Shown here: piece by piece, positions 13,859-27,400 of the stretch
Position numbering within the stretch: the first letter of the stretch is position 1
Layout of the letters: the number at the start of each line of letters is the position of its first letter
NCBI GenBank assembly: GCA_051294905.1
Contig: CM119372.1
Span: forward strand, 17,672,001 to 17,736,000
Source of the DNA: Botryllus schlosseri
Taxonomy: Eukaryota
Length of the DNA: 64,000 nucleotides
Reading direction: 5' to 3'
Notes under the pieces: generated by a model
The model's input: only the letters and a program-made list of their open reading frames with translations
What the model was told of the DNA's origin: nothing
The model's database searches: none
Translations under genes and position numbers: made by a program

Positions 13859-14515
13859 TCAAAGTGATGCTGTGATGAGCTTTTGATAACAGTACTGAGT
13901 TGATTATGTTTTGGATAGGAACGAGATTTTGTTCGCGTTATAGGCCAATCAGCAAATCTTACCATGATTGCAATGCTGTGTGATGGCGTCTGTATTTCAA
14001 ATGTCTCATGATTTTGATTTTCTACTCTTGTTCTTCTACTTCACTTTTGTAGGTAGATACTTATTTCTGGAATCACGTTAACTTAAATCGTTTATTGTCC
14101 CTTTTACAATGCTCTTCAAAATATAGGCAAAAGCCTGTCAATGAAGGAACTGACCAGCTATATTCGAGTCCGTGAATTTCAATTGCAACAGATTTTTAGA
14201 TTTAAAATGAACATGGATGTGAATTAGGTCCGAATAAAGTTAAAAACTAGTTTCCATATATCAAGAATAAATCTCAACTACCTATTATTACATGGATACC
14301 AAATGTATTCAAGTGTATTTTTGCTTGTCAGCGAGTTTGATCATACATCGTACGACTTCAGTTCTCAAATTTTGTGCATATTTCTTATTGCATATTATAT
14401 TCTGCTCCGTTATCTTCTAATATGTCATCGTTATCTTGGTACTATGTCTCCATGTAACTGCAGCATGCTGTCAGTTTTCTGATTATATACTGTGATAAAA
14501 TCGATGCATATTATC

Positions 14516-14936
14516 TAGGGTTACCATATTTTGGGAATCTGAAAAGAGGACAGTTTTTCAGAATATTCAGACTTAGGCTACTATACTGGATTAAAATCCC
14601 GAAAAAATGATAAATTTCTTTGTGGCCGGTCAACTGAAAAGGGTCAACTTTCCTGCTCAAATCCCGAATTACCGGTTTTCTATAACATTTTACGTTGGTT
14701 GACTAAGTCATATTTCTGGGCCAAGTCTCGAAAATCCCGTCGGAACATCATTTGGCCGCTGATATCCAATATTCCAATATCTCGGTCCAATTTCCACGAA
14801 CACATGACCAAATTTCTCAAAATAGAGAACAAATTCTCAAAAAAGAGGACACTTTAGGCGTCCTCCGATGACACTTTCAAAAAAGTCAAAAAATAGGACA
14901 AATCCTCTTGAAAGAGGACGTATGGTAGTAACCCCA
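14516..14936. mobile_element. hAT-type MITE (tagggttacca family)
   Basis: TSD atattatc at 14508-14515 and 14937-14944. Related copies at 17663-17957 and 31805-32520. Confidence 0.85.
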
Positions 14937-15477
14937 ATATTATCAAGATACAAGAATACAAGATCAAAAAAAGACTTGTCGAGGTGATTGATAAGGTTCA
15001 GAATGCCTCTACAGCACGAACAGTGTATGTTAGGATCGTGTATTGTTTCGAGTAAGACGTTCGGGGTGAGGGAGTTTCATACTTTCATCACATTCTCGAT
15101 GCGCTTAACACTGACAAGCAAGTCCATCCTGTCGTTCAACCTAGATATTCCGTATAGGCTATGGAGTATAGAGAATGGAAAAAAGTTCATAGAATCACTT
15201 TGGTTCTCGATACATTGCTGCGCTGTGGTACGCGAAAATCAACTCACAAGAGACTGTGGTGTCGCAAGAGTAGTTCTACTCGTGTATTGTCATTTCTTAG
15301 GTAGTTTTGCTGACTAGTGCAATACAAATCGCGTTCTGAATTTGAGCTCTTTAAATTGAATGCCTCACTGAAGGTGTGCTTCCGAGGCACGCAAACAATA
15401 AGGTTTGAAGAACTGGATCGTTTGCAATCGGCCGCAGACATTCGTTCCGTGACGGTACTCGGTGTATTGCAGAAGCG

Positions 15478-18400
15478 ATGTCGGACTCGTTCGTTCTAGG
15501 ATATTGGGATTTCAGAGGAGTAAGTGTATGTTTATTTGGGTTTCTGTGCAACGGATAAGCCCGGCATAGTTCGCTTACTGTGTGACGAGAGATGAAAAAA
15601 TGCAACGTTACTGCGTAATATGAGGGCGCTGAAACAATGCTTTACAACAGAGAGAGAATTGCGTTCGTCGTGAACACGCGAAAAACAGCAGTTGGATACG
15701 ATGCTTAAAACCAGTGGTTGTCAAACTGGGGGGCGTGAATGCATCTGAAGGGGGGTGCGAAGCTGTGGTCAACTGAAAATATGTTTCGCTAACATTTTCA
15801 CAGTCATAAAGGGGGGGGGGGTGTCTAAAAAAGTTTGAGGAACACTGCTTTAAACTTGAAGAATGATGGGCATTGAGCAAGTTCATGGCCCAACGTCCAT
15901 CTCGTGCTTGTAGGGGCACAGTATTAACAATTTAATTTTGAGAGGATGACAACGTTTAATAGTCAAATTTAAAGTTTCGTCAAAGTGAAATTGTGTTGTG
16001 ACCAATTCGATGCCAGTCCGCTGACGGTATTGAGAATAAGGTATTATGATAACGTATGGCCGCTGGCCGGTATGGGTAAGAATAACAGAGTGCACCTAAA
16101 TTTTGAATCAACAGTGTCCAACGTGCCACCGTAAAAGAAAATCATGCAGCCGTACAGCATGCTATTATGATTTACTACAGTTAGTTGGCGCCGATGTTCC
16201 CTCTAATTTCTCACGAGTCTGTGCGCATTCACCAACTCACTGCGCGGTCCCTTGAAACGACTAAAAAAAGTCATCACTTCGGCTTTTTTGTGCATGGCAC
16301 AGATTTTTCTGTGCGCGGCGACTTTGTCAGCAGTGCGCGGCCGCGCAGACGGAACATTGGTTGGCACTCAGGTCGGCAAAAAACGAAACCACTGTTTCAT
16401 ATGGTGACAAATAAATTATTGTTATCCATGAGTCGACCTTGTGGGCCTTGTGCAAATGACGGCACTCGGCAGAGTAGCGCTTTTTAGCTAATAATCTCAA
16501 TTTGATATAGTGCGGCCCGCAAATGTATTTAGATGTTAAATGCGGCCCGCGAGCCCAAAAGTTTGCCCAGTGCCCACCCTTGGTGTAGGCTATAAGTGTA
16601 TATTGTATAAGTGTGCGCAAAGTGTGCTATCGCATAATAGATTTCACGCAAATGTCGGTATTGCCCTGTCTAGAGTTTGACGGTGTTCCTTACCGTGATA
16701 GATGTCCAAATTAGATATGTCATATTTGAATTACATGAGATCTAACTGTTTGCGAAGTCTCAAGGGTGACACTCTATGATAGGGCAGTATCAATTTCGTC
16801 CTCGAAGTATTCTAATAGGCATATAGGCTGATATGCCATCCAGTCTACCTGCGAAACAGATTTTACGCAAAGGCAAGTATTGCCCTGTATAGATTTGAAG
16901 GTGTTTCATAGCGGGGGAGACGTCTAGGCGAGATCTAGTATCTATTATTCGGATTATGCGTTTAACTCTGTGCGAAGTGGCGAGATAGGGCAGTGGTATA
17001 ATCCGCGGCTGCAACACCAATGGGTTGCGGGTTCGAGTCCGACCGAGGTGGACTTCAGAATTCCTCCACCTAAGTGTCGGCTCCTCCACGCCACCTCATC
17101 CGCGTAAGCACTGTCTTACAAAAAAGCCTAGAAGTAGGCCGTGTTATGAGCAGAGGTGGTCAAAGTAGTCATCGTCGCTACTCAAGTAGAAGTAGAAGTA
17201 ACGCCGAAATTTCTACTCAAGTAGAAGTAGGAGTGGTGGTTCACAAGTAAGTAAGTAAGTAGGTATTCTACGCCTATTTTTGCCAACAAAACTGAAAACT
17301 GTCAAGTAGAAGTAGTCTAAAATCATAACTACTTAAAAAGTAGTGTGAGTAGGCAAAATCTACTTCAAAAAGTAGAAGTACTTCGTTACTGACCACCTCT
17401 GGTTATGAGTCGGCAGTTACGGAATAAAAAATGAAGAATATCGGCCTGGTGTAAATGACCATAGTAGTCGTGAAACACCGTGAATACCTCGAAACAAACA
17501 AACAAACTCTGTGCGAAGTTTCAGGGCTGTTAGGCACGGTTGGGGTAGTAATTTCGTTATCGAAGTATAGGTAGGTGCGCGCAGCCTAGCGCATAACGGA
17601 TGTAGATTTTAACGGTGTTGCATACCGAGAGGAGCGAGTCGCTTTCGAATTGTATATTTGGATTAGGGTTACCACACGACCGCTTTTAAGATGGTTTGTC
17701 CTCTTTTTTCAATAAATTGAAATCGTCCTCGACAGTCGAGTCAAAGTGAAAACCTTTTCTTTTTTTAGTCAACATCACGCACTATCGTAAAAAAGCGGGT
17801 AATTTTGGAGTCGAGCCAAAGTGATGACCTTTATTTTTTTTCAGTCAACACATATCGTCCAATGTTAAAAATCACCTGTTTTCGTGTTCGGTGCTGGAGA
17901 TTTCAGAATTTTAGGAGAAATCTCTTATTTTTGGGATCTCGAAATATGGTAACCCTCATTTTGATGATATGATCTAACGCTGTAGCAAGTTGCAATATTA
18001 CCACTAACTGTATAGGGTAGAAAATTCGTCAGCGAAGTCGAGCTTCCATAAGTGTGATATGACATCTCACCTCCGGCAATTTCCAGTTTAATGTTTTGTT
18101 ATAAATAATCATGTGCAATGGTAGCACGTAGGACACATATATTTTAGCGATTTTGGTGTCAATTCTTGCTGTTACCCCACTTGAGTTTAGCTCAAACGTA
18201 CTTGACCATAAGCTAAATCAAAAACCAATGGTACAGCTACACGCATTCGCCAGTCACACCTCATTCAGGGACATCTTCTGATTAATGAAAGGTTCGGTAT
18301 CAGTCAAGATCTAGCATCAGCGTGTGGATGGTACGAATCGATTATGACATTTAAAATCGAAATATAATTAGGATTATTGCCATTGTTGAATCTTGCAAGT

Positions 18401-21400
18401 TTCAGCACGAATTAAACTCATTCCTAATTCAAGAAACACCATTTCTTTCAGGCGGTTTCGCACCTCCCCTCAGATGCTTTCAAGCCTGCTATCACTATCA
18501 CTATAGGCAGGGTTGCCATACCGTCCTTATTTCTAAGATTTGTCCTTATTTTGAAGGGCCACGTCTTAGAAAACTCGTCTGTCCTTATTTCTAAGAAATG
18601 TCCTTATTTTCGACTTGCGTCCTTATTTTGTCTTAATTTCAACCGCTACAAAACTTCGATCGTTTTCCTCTGGTATCTCCCTATCTATGTTGCATAATAT
18701 TCTAAAATTAAGCTTATTCGTCGAGATTTTATGACATCATAAATGAAAGGAAATCTCGTGACGTACACACCACAAGATTTGACTTCTAAGTAGTGATGAG
18801 ATAGCTAGGGCAGTGAGTAGTGGTACAGCAGTTTCGGCTGTACCTAGCTACCGCAGCGGACGTCATTTTAGCAGTAAACAGCATTGCCAGGTTACTGCTG
18901 TTTGGTCTACAGCAGAATAAGCTCAAGCTGTGGGGAAAGTTGCATTTATTACGTAGTGAGAAAAGGCGCAGTGCAGTCGACACATTGGTTAAAAAGTACT
19001 GAAGCAGTGGTTCCCAACGTGGGCGATATCGCCCCCCAGGTGTCGATTTAGCGGCCTAGGGGGGCGAAAATGGACAAAGGGGGCGAAAATAGCGAAGGGT
19101 GCAATAGGGGGGGGGGCGATGACGCGTTAAAACGGCTATAGTGGAGTCAAGTCGTAGAAATGACCTCTTATTAGTCAACCCACGTAAATTTAGTTGCCAA
19201 AGTGTAAAATTCGACAACGAGCCTAAAAGTGGACCTATTTTTAGTCGACTAGCCGATGATTACAGATTGTGTACCGATTTTTCGGTTCACAAAATCTGGG
19301 GGCGATGATCGGCGTTGAGCTTGAAAAGGGAGCGATGAGTCAAAAAAGGTTGGGAACCACTGTACTAAAGCTATAAATCATTGATAAATTTATCCAAATT
19401 ATATTGCACTTGTATTGCACGCATATAGTTTTAGCTACAAAGAAGGCGAAATCTGATTAGTTGAAATGAACAGGCGTAAAAACGGTTCTCGTGTCGATTA
19501 TGAGAGATAATTCAACGGTATCTAACGAAGATTGAAGGGCGAGTGTTTCGCACACAGCAATGTCTGCAATTGTGACATTAACCTGGAGGCCATAGAAGTG
19601 AGAGACCGCTACTTCAACTTACATTGATGTCCCAAAACACAAGAAGTGTGTCATGATGATTAATTTAAGCCAGTCGATAAATAATTTTTCCACAAGGTAG
19701 ATCAGCACCAACGTCCTCAGACTGCAAGGCAGCTGTTGCAGTGGGTACCTAGGCATTCTATATTGTCAAACACCAGCAATCATTCATCACCAACGATTAC
19801 ACATCGCAATTGTTCAAAGCAATATTCCCCGATTCCAGCATTGCAAATAAGATTTCTTCGGCCAGGACTAAGACTACAAGCATTGTTACTGGAGTTTTTG
19901 CTTCATACGCTCAAAAATGATTTCGTCTAAACTTGGTGTGCGGCCTTTTTCCATCTTGGTTGACGCCTCGCCTTAATGAGGTGATGAAATTTGGTTTATC
20001 AACCCAGAGGGGCAACACCAACGGTATTTAGGGGGACTGACGAAGTGCTGTTTCGGCACTAAATGAAGGTAGACCTAGAACTAAGCTGTCGCGAGATCCA
20101 TGACGCTCTTTCTAATAACAGAGAGTTGCTGTAGCAGATTGTTTCTGGTGAAAACTATGGAGTGTGATATGCCACGGCTCGTATAAATACAGTATATGTA
20201 CGAAAACGCTTTTCATGCTAATTTAATTTTTCGACTGTCCTTATTTTTTGGTCCATGTCGATGGCAACCCTGACTATAGGGCTGGGCACAATGATTCGAG
20301 TACTCGAATCTGAAGAGAGTATTAATGTTAATGATTCGATTTGAGTAGTAAAGGACGATTTTTAGAGTACTGAAATTATACTCTCGATCCACGCAACTGA
20401 AAGTTAATTTACTAACGAAAATTATAGTTTCGATACTATTTTCCACTGAGAAAGCCTTAAAACCATGATTGGCCGTATCGTAGCATCCGAGACATACTAC
20501 AAAGCTCCGAACGTTACTGGAAATACCACATTTTCGAAGTCATGATCATCCCACAACATTGTCAACCAGTGCAATGAATTCGTTATAGTCGAAAAATACC
20601 GAAGTATCTTCAATGTGACGTATAACAGGCATTATGGTCTTTGTGGTGGCACATAAGGTACATATTTGAACTCTGACATAGTACGTTCTGTTGTGACGTC
20701 ATAATGAGTGATACTCGACTCGAAGCGTACTACGTGATTCAGAATCGCATCACTCAGGTACTCGATTTTGCCCAGCCCAAGCTATCACCAGCACATCTTC
20801 CACAAATAACACGCATTTCTAGTTCTTTACTTCAGTCACGTTATGTTCCTTGATCGTGTATTAAATTGCGCATTTTTCTGGCAGTACGGGGAATCATGCA
20901 GATACATGCTAGAATACAGCGGATGTGCATACAGTGACAAACAAATCGAAAGGCCATCTCGTGAGTTATTCTAAACGCCTAGCTCCGTTAGTGGGCGGTC
21001 TTGTGAAAATATATTTTCAGGTGCCGATTACAGTCCGTGGAGGAATATCAGCGAAAATTTTGGACTCGACTTTCCCAATGTGAGTTAATCGACTTTTAGA
21101 CATCCAACCAAACGTAAAATAATGTGATGACCCGACTGGTCAGCTGCCGTATTTGATTGACGGGGAGAGAAGGCTAACAGAGAGCTTAGCAATATCCAAG
21201 TATCTTGGCCGAAAGTATGGGCTCGTGCCGAAATCCGAAGACGAAGTGATTCGTGCTGATATGTTAGAAGGTACAGCATTAGTCACGCCCATCTGCTCAA
21301 GTTTAATCATTCCTAATTCATTGGTATAGGTGTGATAGCGGAGATACGGGGCTCGTTTTACCGCATCTTCTTCCAAGGGTGAGCTTGAGCTAATACGATA

Positions 21401-24400
21401 CCGCAGATGGTGCCTTACGTTAACATGCGTATAATATTGCAACAGAGATGAAAAATATCCAGAATGCGCAGCCAATTTCAAGAAGGATACGTTCCTGCCG
21501 AAAGCGAGAAAGATTGTGAAGTTCATGGGTCAAAGACAATGGCTCGTAAGCGATGAAGTAAGTTCGGTAATCCGTTTTACCAATGTCCCAGTGGCTACAC
21601 TATATTTACTCGTACAGTCGACTCCGCTCACTTTTGGCCGAATAAATCGGTGAAACTGCTCTGTCCGAATCAAGCGGAAACTCACAGTATTACACATTAT
21701 TAGTGGGCCCGTACGCCCTTGTGGTGATTGCCAATTTTTGCTGCGTGGGTCATCATTGTTTCACGATAATCACTTATATTGTGTTAAAACGACCGAAATA
21801 CTGCTAATTATGTCACGTCTTAACGATAGGAATTGTGAAACTGTGTCCAATTAAGCTGAAAATTGTCCGTATTAAGATGATTTTTTTTTACATGCAATTT
21901 TTACTTTTGTTCCGTTCCCGAGCATTTAGAGCAGTGGTTCCCAACCTTTTTTCACCCACGTACCATTTCGAGGTTTTATGCAGTGCTCGCGTACCACCTA
22001 CATAACTTACGCGCGCTGAAGGCGGTCAAAAATGTTTCCGTCATATATGACGTCATAACGACGTATTTGACCTATGCGAGGCGTAATAGCAAATACTAAT
22101 AAACTATAGGCATTATCAGCCAGGGTTAATGGGATGCATGAAATTGTTATTTCACCACCAGTCACAAGAAGAACAACATAATGAAATAACAGCAAACAAC
22201 AAACGTCAATTGTTTTTATGCGATGGCTGCATTAGCTAATTTTCCACTAGATCAGCGGCTCTCAAACTTTTTTAGACACGCCCCCGTTTATGATAGTGAA
22301 AAATTTCACGCCCCCCTTATCGTCATATCACAAAATGCAACCAGAATGCTAGCAATCCTAACGAATAATTTGATGGCATGGAAGGTTATGACTGTTGATA
22401 AAAGAATTCTGAAATATGCAATTAGAACTACACACAGAGCAAAAACAATGTGATAAGGGTAAATCGCGCCAAGCGCGAAAAATTTGTTCAGTTGGCTGCA
22501 GCTTCGCGCCACCCTTTAGATGTTTTCACCACCCCCTCCAGTTTGAGAACCACTGCACTAGCTGGTCGATGCGGGGCATATGTTTCCTCACAGCGCGTCG
22601 AAAGTCCTGCATGGGCGCAACTAGTCGGTTTCGTTTCTTCGACTTGATATAGTCATCAGAGATAAAAATCCTTGCTCGCGCTCTCACGTAGAAGGGAAAA
22701 TTAGCAGCTGGGGAATAGCGTGAGAAGCTAGAGTCTATAGTTCGAGGAGGCCATGCTAAGCCAGCAGTTTATTGGAGAATAATCTTTGTGTTCAACCCCA
22801 CCTTAACTAATAACTACCTTCGGTCGAAAAAAAACAGAATCTACTCGCGTACCACCTGGAAGACCTTCGCGTAACCACTAGTGGTACGCGTACCACAGGT
22901 TGGGAACCACTGATTTAGAGTATTTGGTTTTGGACTTAAATAAAGCGGCTGCCAGGGTTATCCGGTGTCTGTGTTAAGCAGATTCGACTGTATAAACTTT
23001 TAAGTTTGTAATCGTAACAAATGCGAGTGACGGTGATATAAACCAGTAAGATTAGACTATTGTCCGTGGGTTTGAATTCATCCGGGTTCTTTTGCCGTTC
23101 CTCGTTGCACGCCATAATGACGATACAGTTGGTTTTCATTGACATCATCAATCTTCAATGTTTATGGTGCCTTGGGTGTTGCCACACGTCAAGTCTTCGA
23201 GTTAATGGGCATTTCAGGGAGTGATCACTACTTTAAACTGTTCCAAGATAAACGTTGTAGTTAGCCAGCACTTGGATTATTGGGTCGATGTAGTGTATTC
23301 CTGAAAGCTTGCTTATGTGATAATAACTCATTTCATCATTTTTTCTTTTAGCTGACGTATCTCGACTTTCTGTTCTATGCCCAGTTGTCCCAGCAGCTGT
23401 GTCTTTTTCCAAGATGTCTCGACGGCCTGGAACGTCTGCAAAAATATATGTCGGATTTTCAGGTAAGTCTGAATGAGCTCGGTGTATGATTTATACCAGC
23501 CTTCTTGCGGCTCTGATTGACCTCTAAATATGCCACAAAAATATAAAAGACGACAGTTGTTGTTTGTTTCTATGAATAGTTATAGTCAATTTCTGTTTAT
23601 GAATGCTAAAAGGAGCGATATTAGTCCAAGGCCGCTTCTGAAAACCGGGAAAAAAATTCTTGCAGACTATCATCAAACGTATCGATGAATACCCGTCAGA
23701 CAAGGATATATCTTGAGTTCTACTGGTCATAGACCTATTAATATATATCATGTGTGTGAAGAGTAAATTTCTACACAATTTTACTAACATCAAAATAACG
23801 GCTCATATAGTCAAGTATAAATTGCAATTAGTCCAATATTACTAAGCGTATAATCCCCTGCAAACTCGTGCAATAAGTGCTGGAATGTATGAAGAGCTAT
23901 CACATGACGACATAATAGTATGTTATAGTAATTACATGCATTTCAGTTTATATCAATGTGTAGCACTCGCCAATCCGTGTCTATCAATGATAAAATAACC
24001 GATAGAAACCAGATGCACATAGTAAGCCCCCCGGAAGTTACATCGATATCACCCTATGGTGGGCCCAGACAAGTTTTTTTTTTACGGGAGTTGGCTTAAA
24101 AGTGTTGTTTCGGTCCTTGCTACAACACACAACCACATATCTGCACCGACCGAGCAGTATATCAAGGTTGTCAACAGACACCGCCGCCGGGCCAAACAAT
24201 TTCATCCGCTCCGTGAAGAAGTCTGTTGCAGACCAGATGAGAATACCGACCCTACAGCAATCACCAGAGCTCAAATTAGAGATGACCCAATACTGTAAGG
24301 ATGGTGTAAACCTCTGGAAGGTTCAGGTTCGTGTGAATGCGAACCTTTTTGAAAGGTTATGTGTGAACGCGAACGTGAACCTTATGACGTCAGGTGACGT

Positions 24401-27400
24401 CATATTGCAAATTCCAACCCCATATTTCAGTGAAGCGATAGCCTTATGAACTGTAGTGTACAGTTATACAGATGTACACGACACCTAGCGACGACTCGGG
24501 CCACATAATGCCACAATGCTGAAGTAGCCTACATATTGACGTTTTAAACGTCGCCAAACGTATCAACTGGGGCAATCAAATGACGTAATAATCCCATAAA
24601 ATCAATATTTTCCGTCGTTTTGCCAACAATTTCGACGAGGACATGCAAGGGAATATTAGCTTACGCCTCAACGGTTTAGGCCAGACCAGACAATGTATTC
24701 GGCGTCAATTGCTACGTTGATATTGAGTAGAGTGTAAAACGGGTTTCTATACTTGCTGCCGATATACCCCATTAACAAGTTATACAGCAGTAGCCAACAC
24801 CCCAATCGCACGGATTTGGTTTTTATGATACCATAAACATATGAAATCAAGATTGACCCCGTATGCCTGCTAGATATTTTACATCAGACAACCCGGGCAT
24901 ACGCCGCATAGGCGCCGACTTTTATTTTTGCATGGGGTGGCGGCAGGCGCGTAGCCAGGGGGTGTCGAAACCCCTCCTTTTGAAAGGGAAAACCCCGTCC
25001 TTTTGATATTACCATTGTGATGCTAATATTGAGTTGCAATTCAACATGTCGTATTATCAGTGTTACGCGCGGCCGTGACCAGTAAGCGAGATTCGCCTGT
25101 GCACGCGACGCGATCTCCCGCTGAGATCATTGCGAAATTAGGTTATTGATAGCCGAGCGCTCGCATTCATTGCTGGACTGAGCAGTAACATGGCGCAACA
25201 ATTCTGGAACACGAAAGACAGACAAGAAGTATGATTACCGACAAGATAGCGTAATGGTTAAGCGTCCGGCTTCTTGATCAGTAGGTCGTGGGTTCGATCC
25301 CCGGCCGGGTCAGATTAAAGACCTAGTAACACTGGTATCCATGACTTGCCTGCTTGGCGCTCATGCATTACTGGGATAGCATGGAGGGGTGGTGCAAGAC
25401 TTAGAAAGCCATACAAGGCTATATCTGCACCTTCCTTGTCCAGCGGCATATGCACATCATACACTCATGGTATGCATATGCACAGATCGTGTGTATGTCT
25501 ATCATGAGTCGGTGTATATGCCGCAAAAACATCAAGGACAAAAATAAACTACGTCCTTTCCTTACAAACGCATGCGGCCAATCAGTAATTATCCCTTGCC
25601 GCCAACACAATGGGTTTTTACTTCGTATTGAGTAGCTCGCATCGCGACGCCGTCAACGAGGTCGCTTCGATTATATGATTAGTGATTACTAGGGCAAGTT
25701 TTTGCAATTTTTTTTACAGCTTCCGGCAGCTTCCTAAATACTCGTAAGATATGTAGAATGCTGTTTTAAGCTGTTCGAAGGAATCTTATAGTGCAACTTT
25801 TTGCAACTTTTGTCCAATTTTTCATGCAACTTTTTGCAACATTTTGCAACTTTTTCGATTGTTCATGAAAGTATTTTCGATTTTGGTGAAATACACGGCC
25901 AAATTCGACTGAAACACCGTAAATGAGCACCGAAGTAACGCTTTTACGGGTATTTCGGGAGCTGAGCCGGAAAATTGACCTTTTTTTTAGTCAACCGAGC
26001 AAAATGTGGTCAAAATGCAACTTCTGCAACTTTTTTCGAAAATAAATGAATAAATGCAACTTTCCACGGATTTAACTGCAACAAAAAATTGCCCTAGTAA
26101 TTACTAATCACGGATTACACTTTATTGGGGCGTTTTAAGCACTAGTTCGTCGTCGCCGACGAAGTTGAGTATTCAATTATTCACGCGCGTATCGGTTAAT
26201 GGTAAATGGTTGGCATTTACGCGATATCACGGACTCGATAATTGACAGCGCAGACGGCGGGCGTTCAAGCATTTTGCATGGGGTGGCCGCCACCCCATAA
26301 TTGTGTCATGGGGTGGTTGCGCCGCCCCACCACCCCGTAACTCGGCGCCTATGAGACAACGATATCCACTTCATTGATTGGTTGAATTAATAATCATTCG
26401 CTGATTACCTACACGTAGTGTAGGCCTATTTTGCTCTTGATGTTGTGTGACTGCGGGTCAAGCTCACAGCAGAGAGTCAATAAATAATAAATATTAAATA
26501 TTCCAGCTACTTTTGTAACAAAGCAAGTAAAATTTTTGAGATTGTCAAGGTGCATGCTCGTTTAGTGTTGATTTTTTCATTCTGCCAGCGTCATGTATAG
26601 TGGCCCGCAGTTGAAATGCAATAAATTTCAATCAAAGATGCTATAATGAAGTGAAAATGGTAACATATGAAAAAGGTTCACAGTGCAGAACCTATACGAA
26701 GGTTCGTTTGTGAACGTGAACCTCTAAATTTCTGAGGTTCACACACAGAACGCGAACGTGAACCTCACGTTCACATCATCCCTACCCAATAGTCTAGTTC
26801 AGAAGTGGGCAAACTGCGGCTCTTTGACACTTTTATTGCGGCTCTTTAATGATTGCCATTTTGCTAGAGAGGTTTAACCTGATTATAAATTGATGCATTC
26901 CATCACGTATTAACGATATGCGTATTGTTTTCGTGTTGTTTCTTTCTTATGGTTTACTTTTGTAAAATTTAGGGGTGGTGGCACTATCATGGTTATAACT
27001 TGACAATTGAACTCTCGAATCGAGTTCCCATAAACGTTCCATCCGCAACATTGGCGCGTGGTCGTCACTCAATTATAAATCATTGTGTTCAACAACGAGC
27101 TTGATAAATTAATCGAGGTAGCGCAGGTTACGATCATTTTCGGACTAACAATGGTGATTACCATTCGTATTGTAGAAGCTAGCAATAACTGCATAGTTTG
27201 GCCAAGAAAATGTCATTCAGAGATAATTTCAAGAAAAGAAAGTATGAGCAGGCAAATAGAACTTTTAAAACAGAATGGGAGCAGGAGTTTACTTTCAGTG
27301 ATAAACGTCATTAGGAAACCAAACACCAACATTTTGCCACGAGTTACCCAACGAAAACATATTTACGGAGTAATAACGACTACCGACCTTCCTCAAATGC

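Larger units (their letters stand above)
24296..26784. mobile_element. MITE (gtgaac-repeat family) with several nested insertions
   Basis: Ends taaggatggtgtaaac / gttcacatcatcccta. Related fragments at ~54587-54990 and ~59345-59430. Contains elements at ~24908-26353 and 25690-26096. Confidence 0.65.

Noticed and set aside
16979..17050. Possible tRNA genes here and at 25238-25310
   Set aside because: A/B boxes are present but there is no complete cloverleaf. Both continue into SINE bodies, and family A has a tail, a TSD and three copies.
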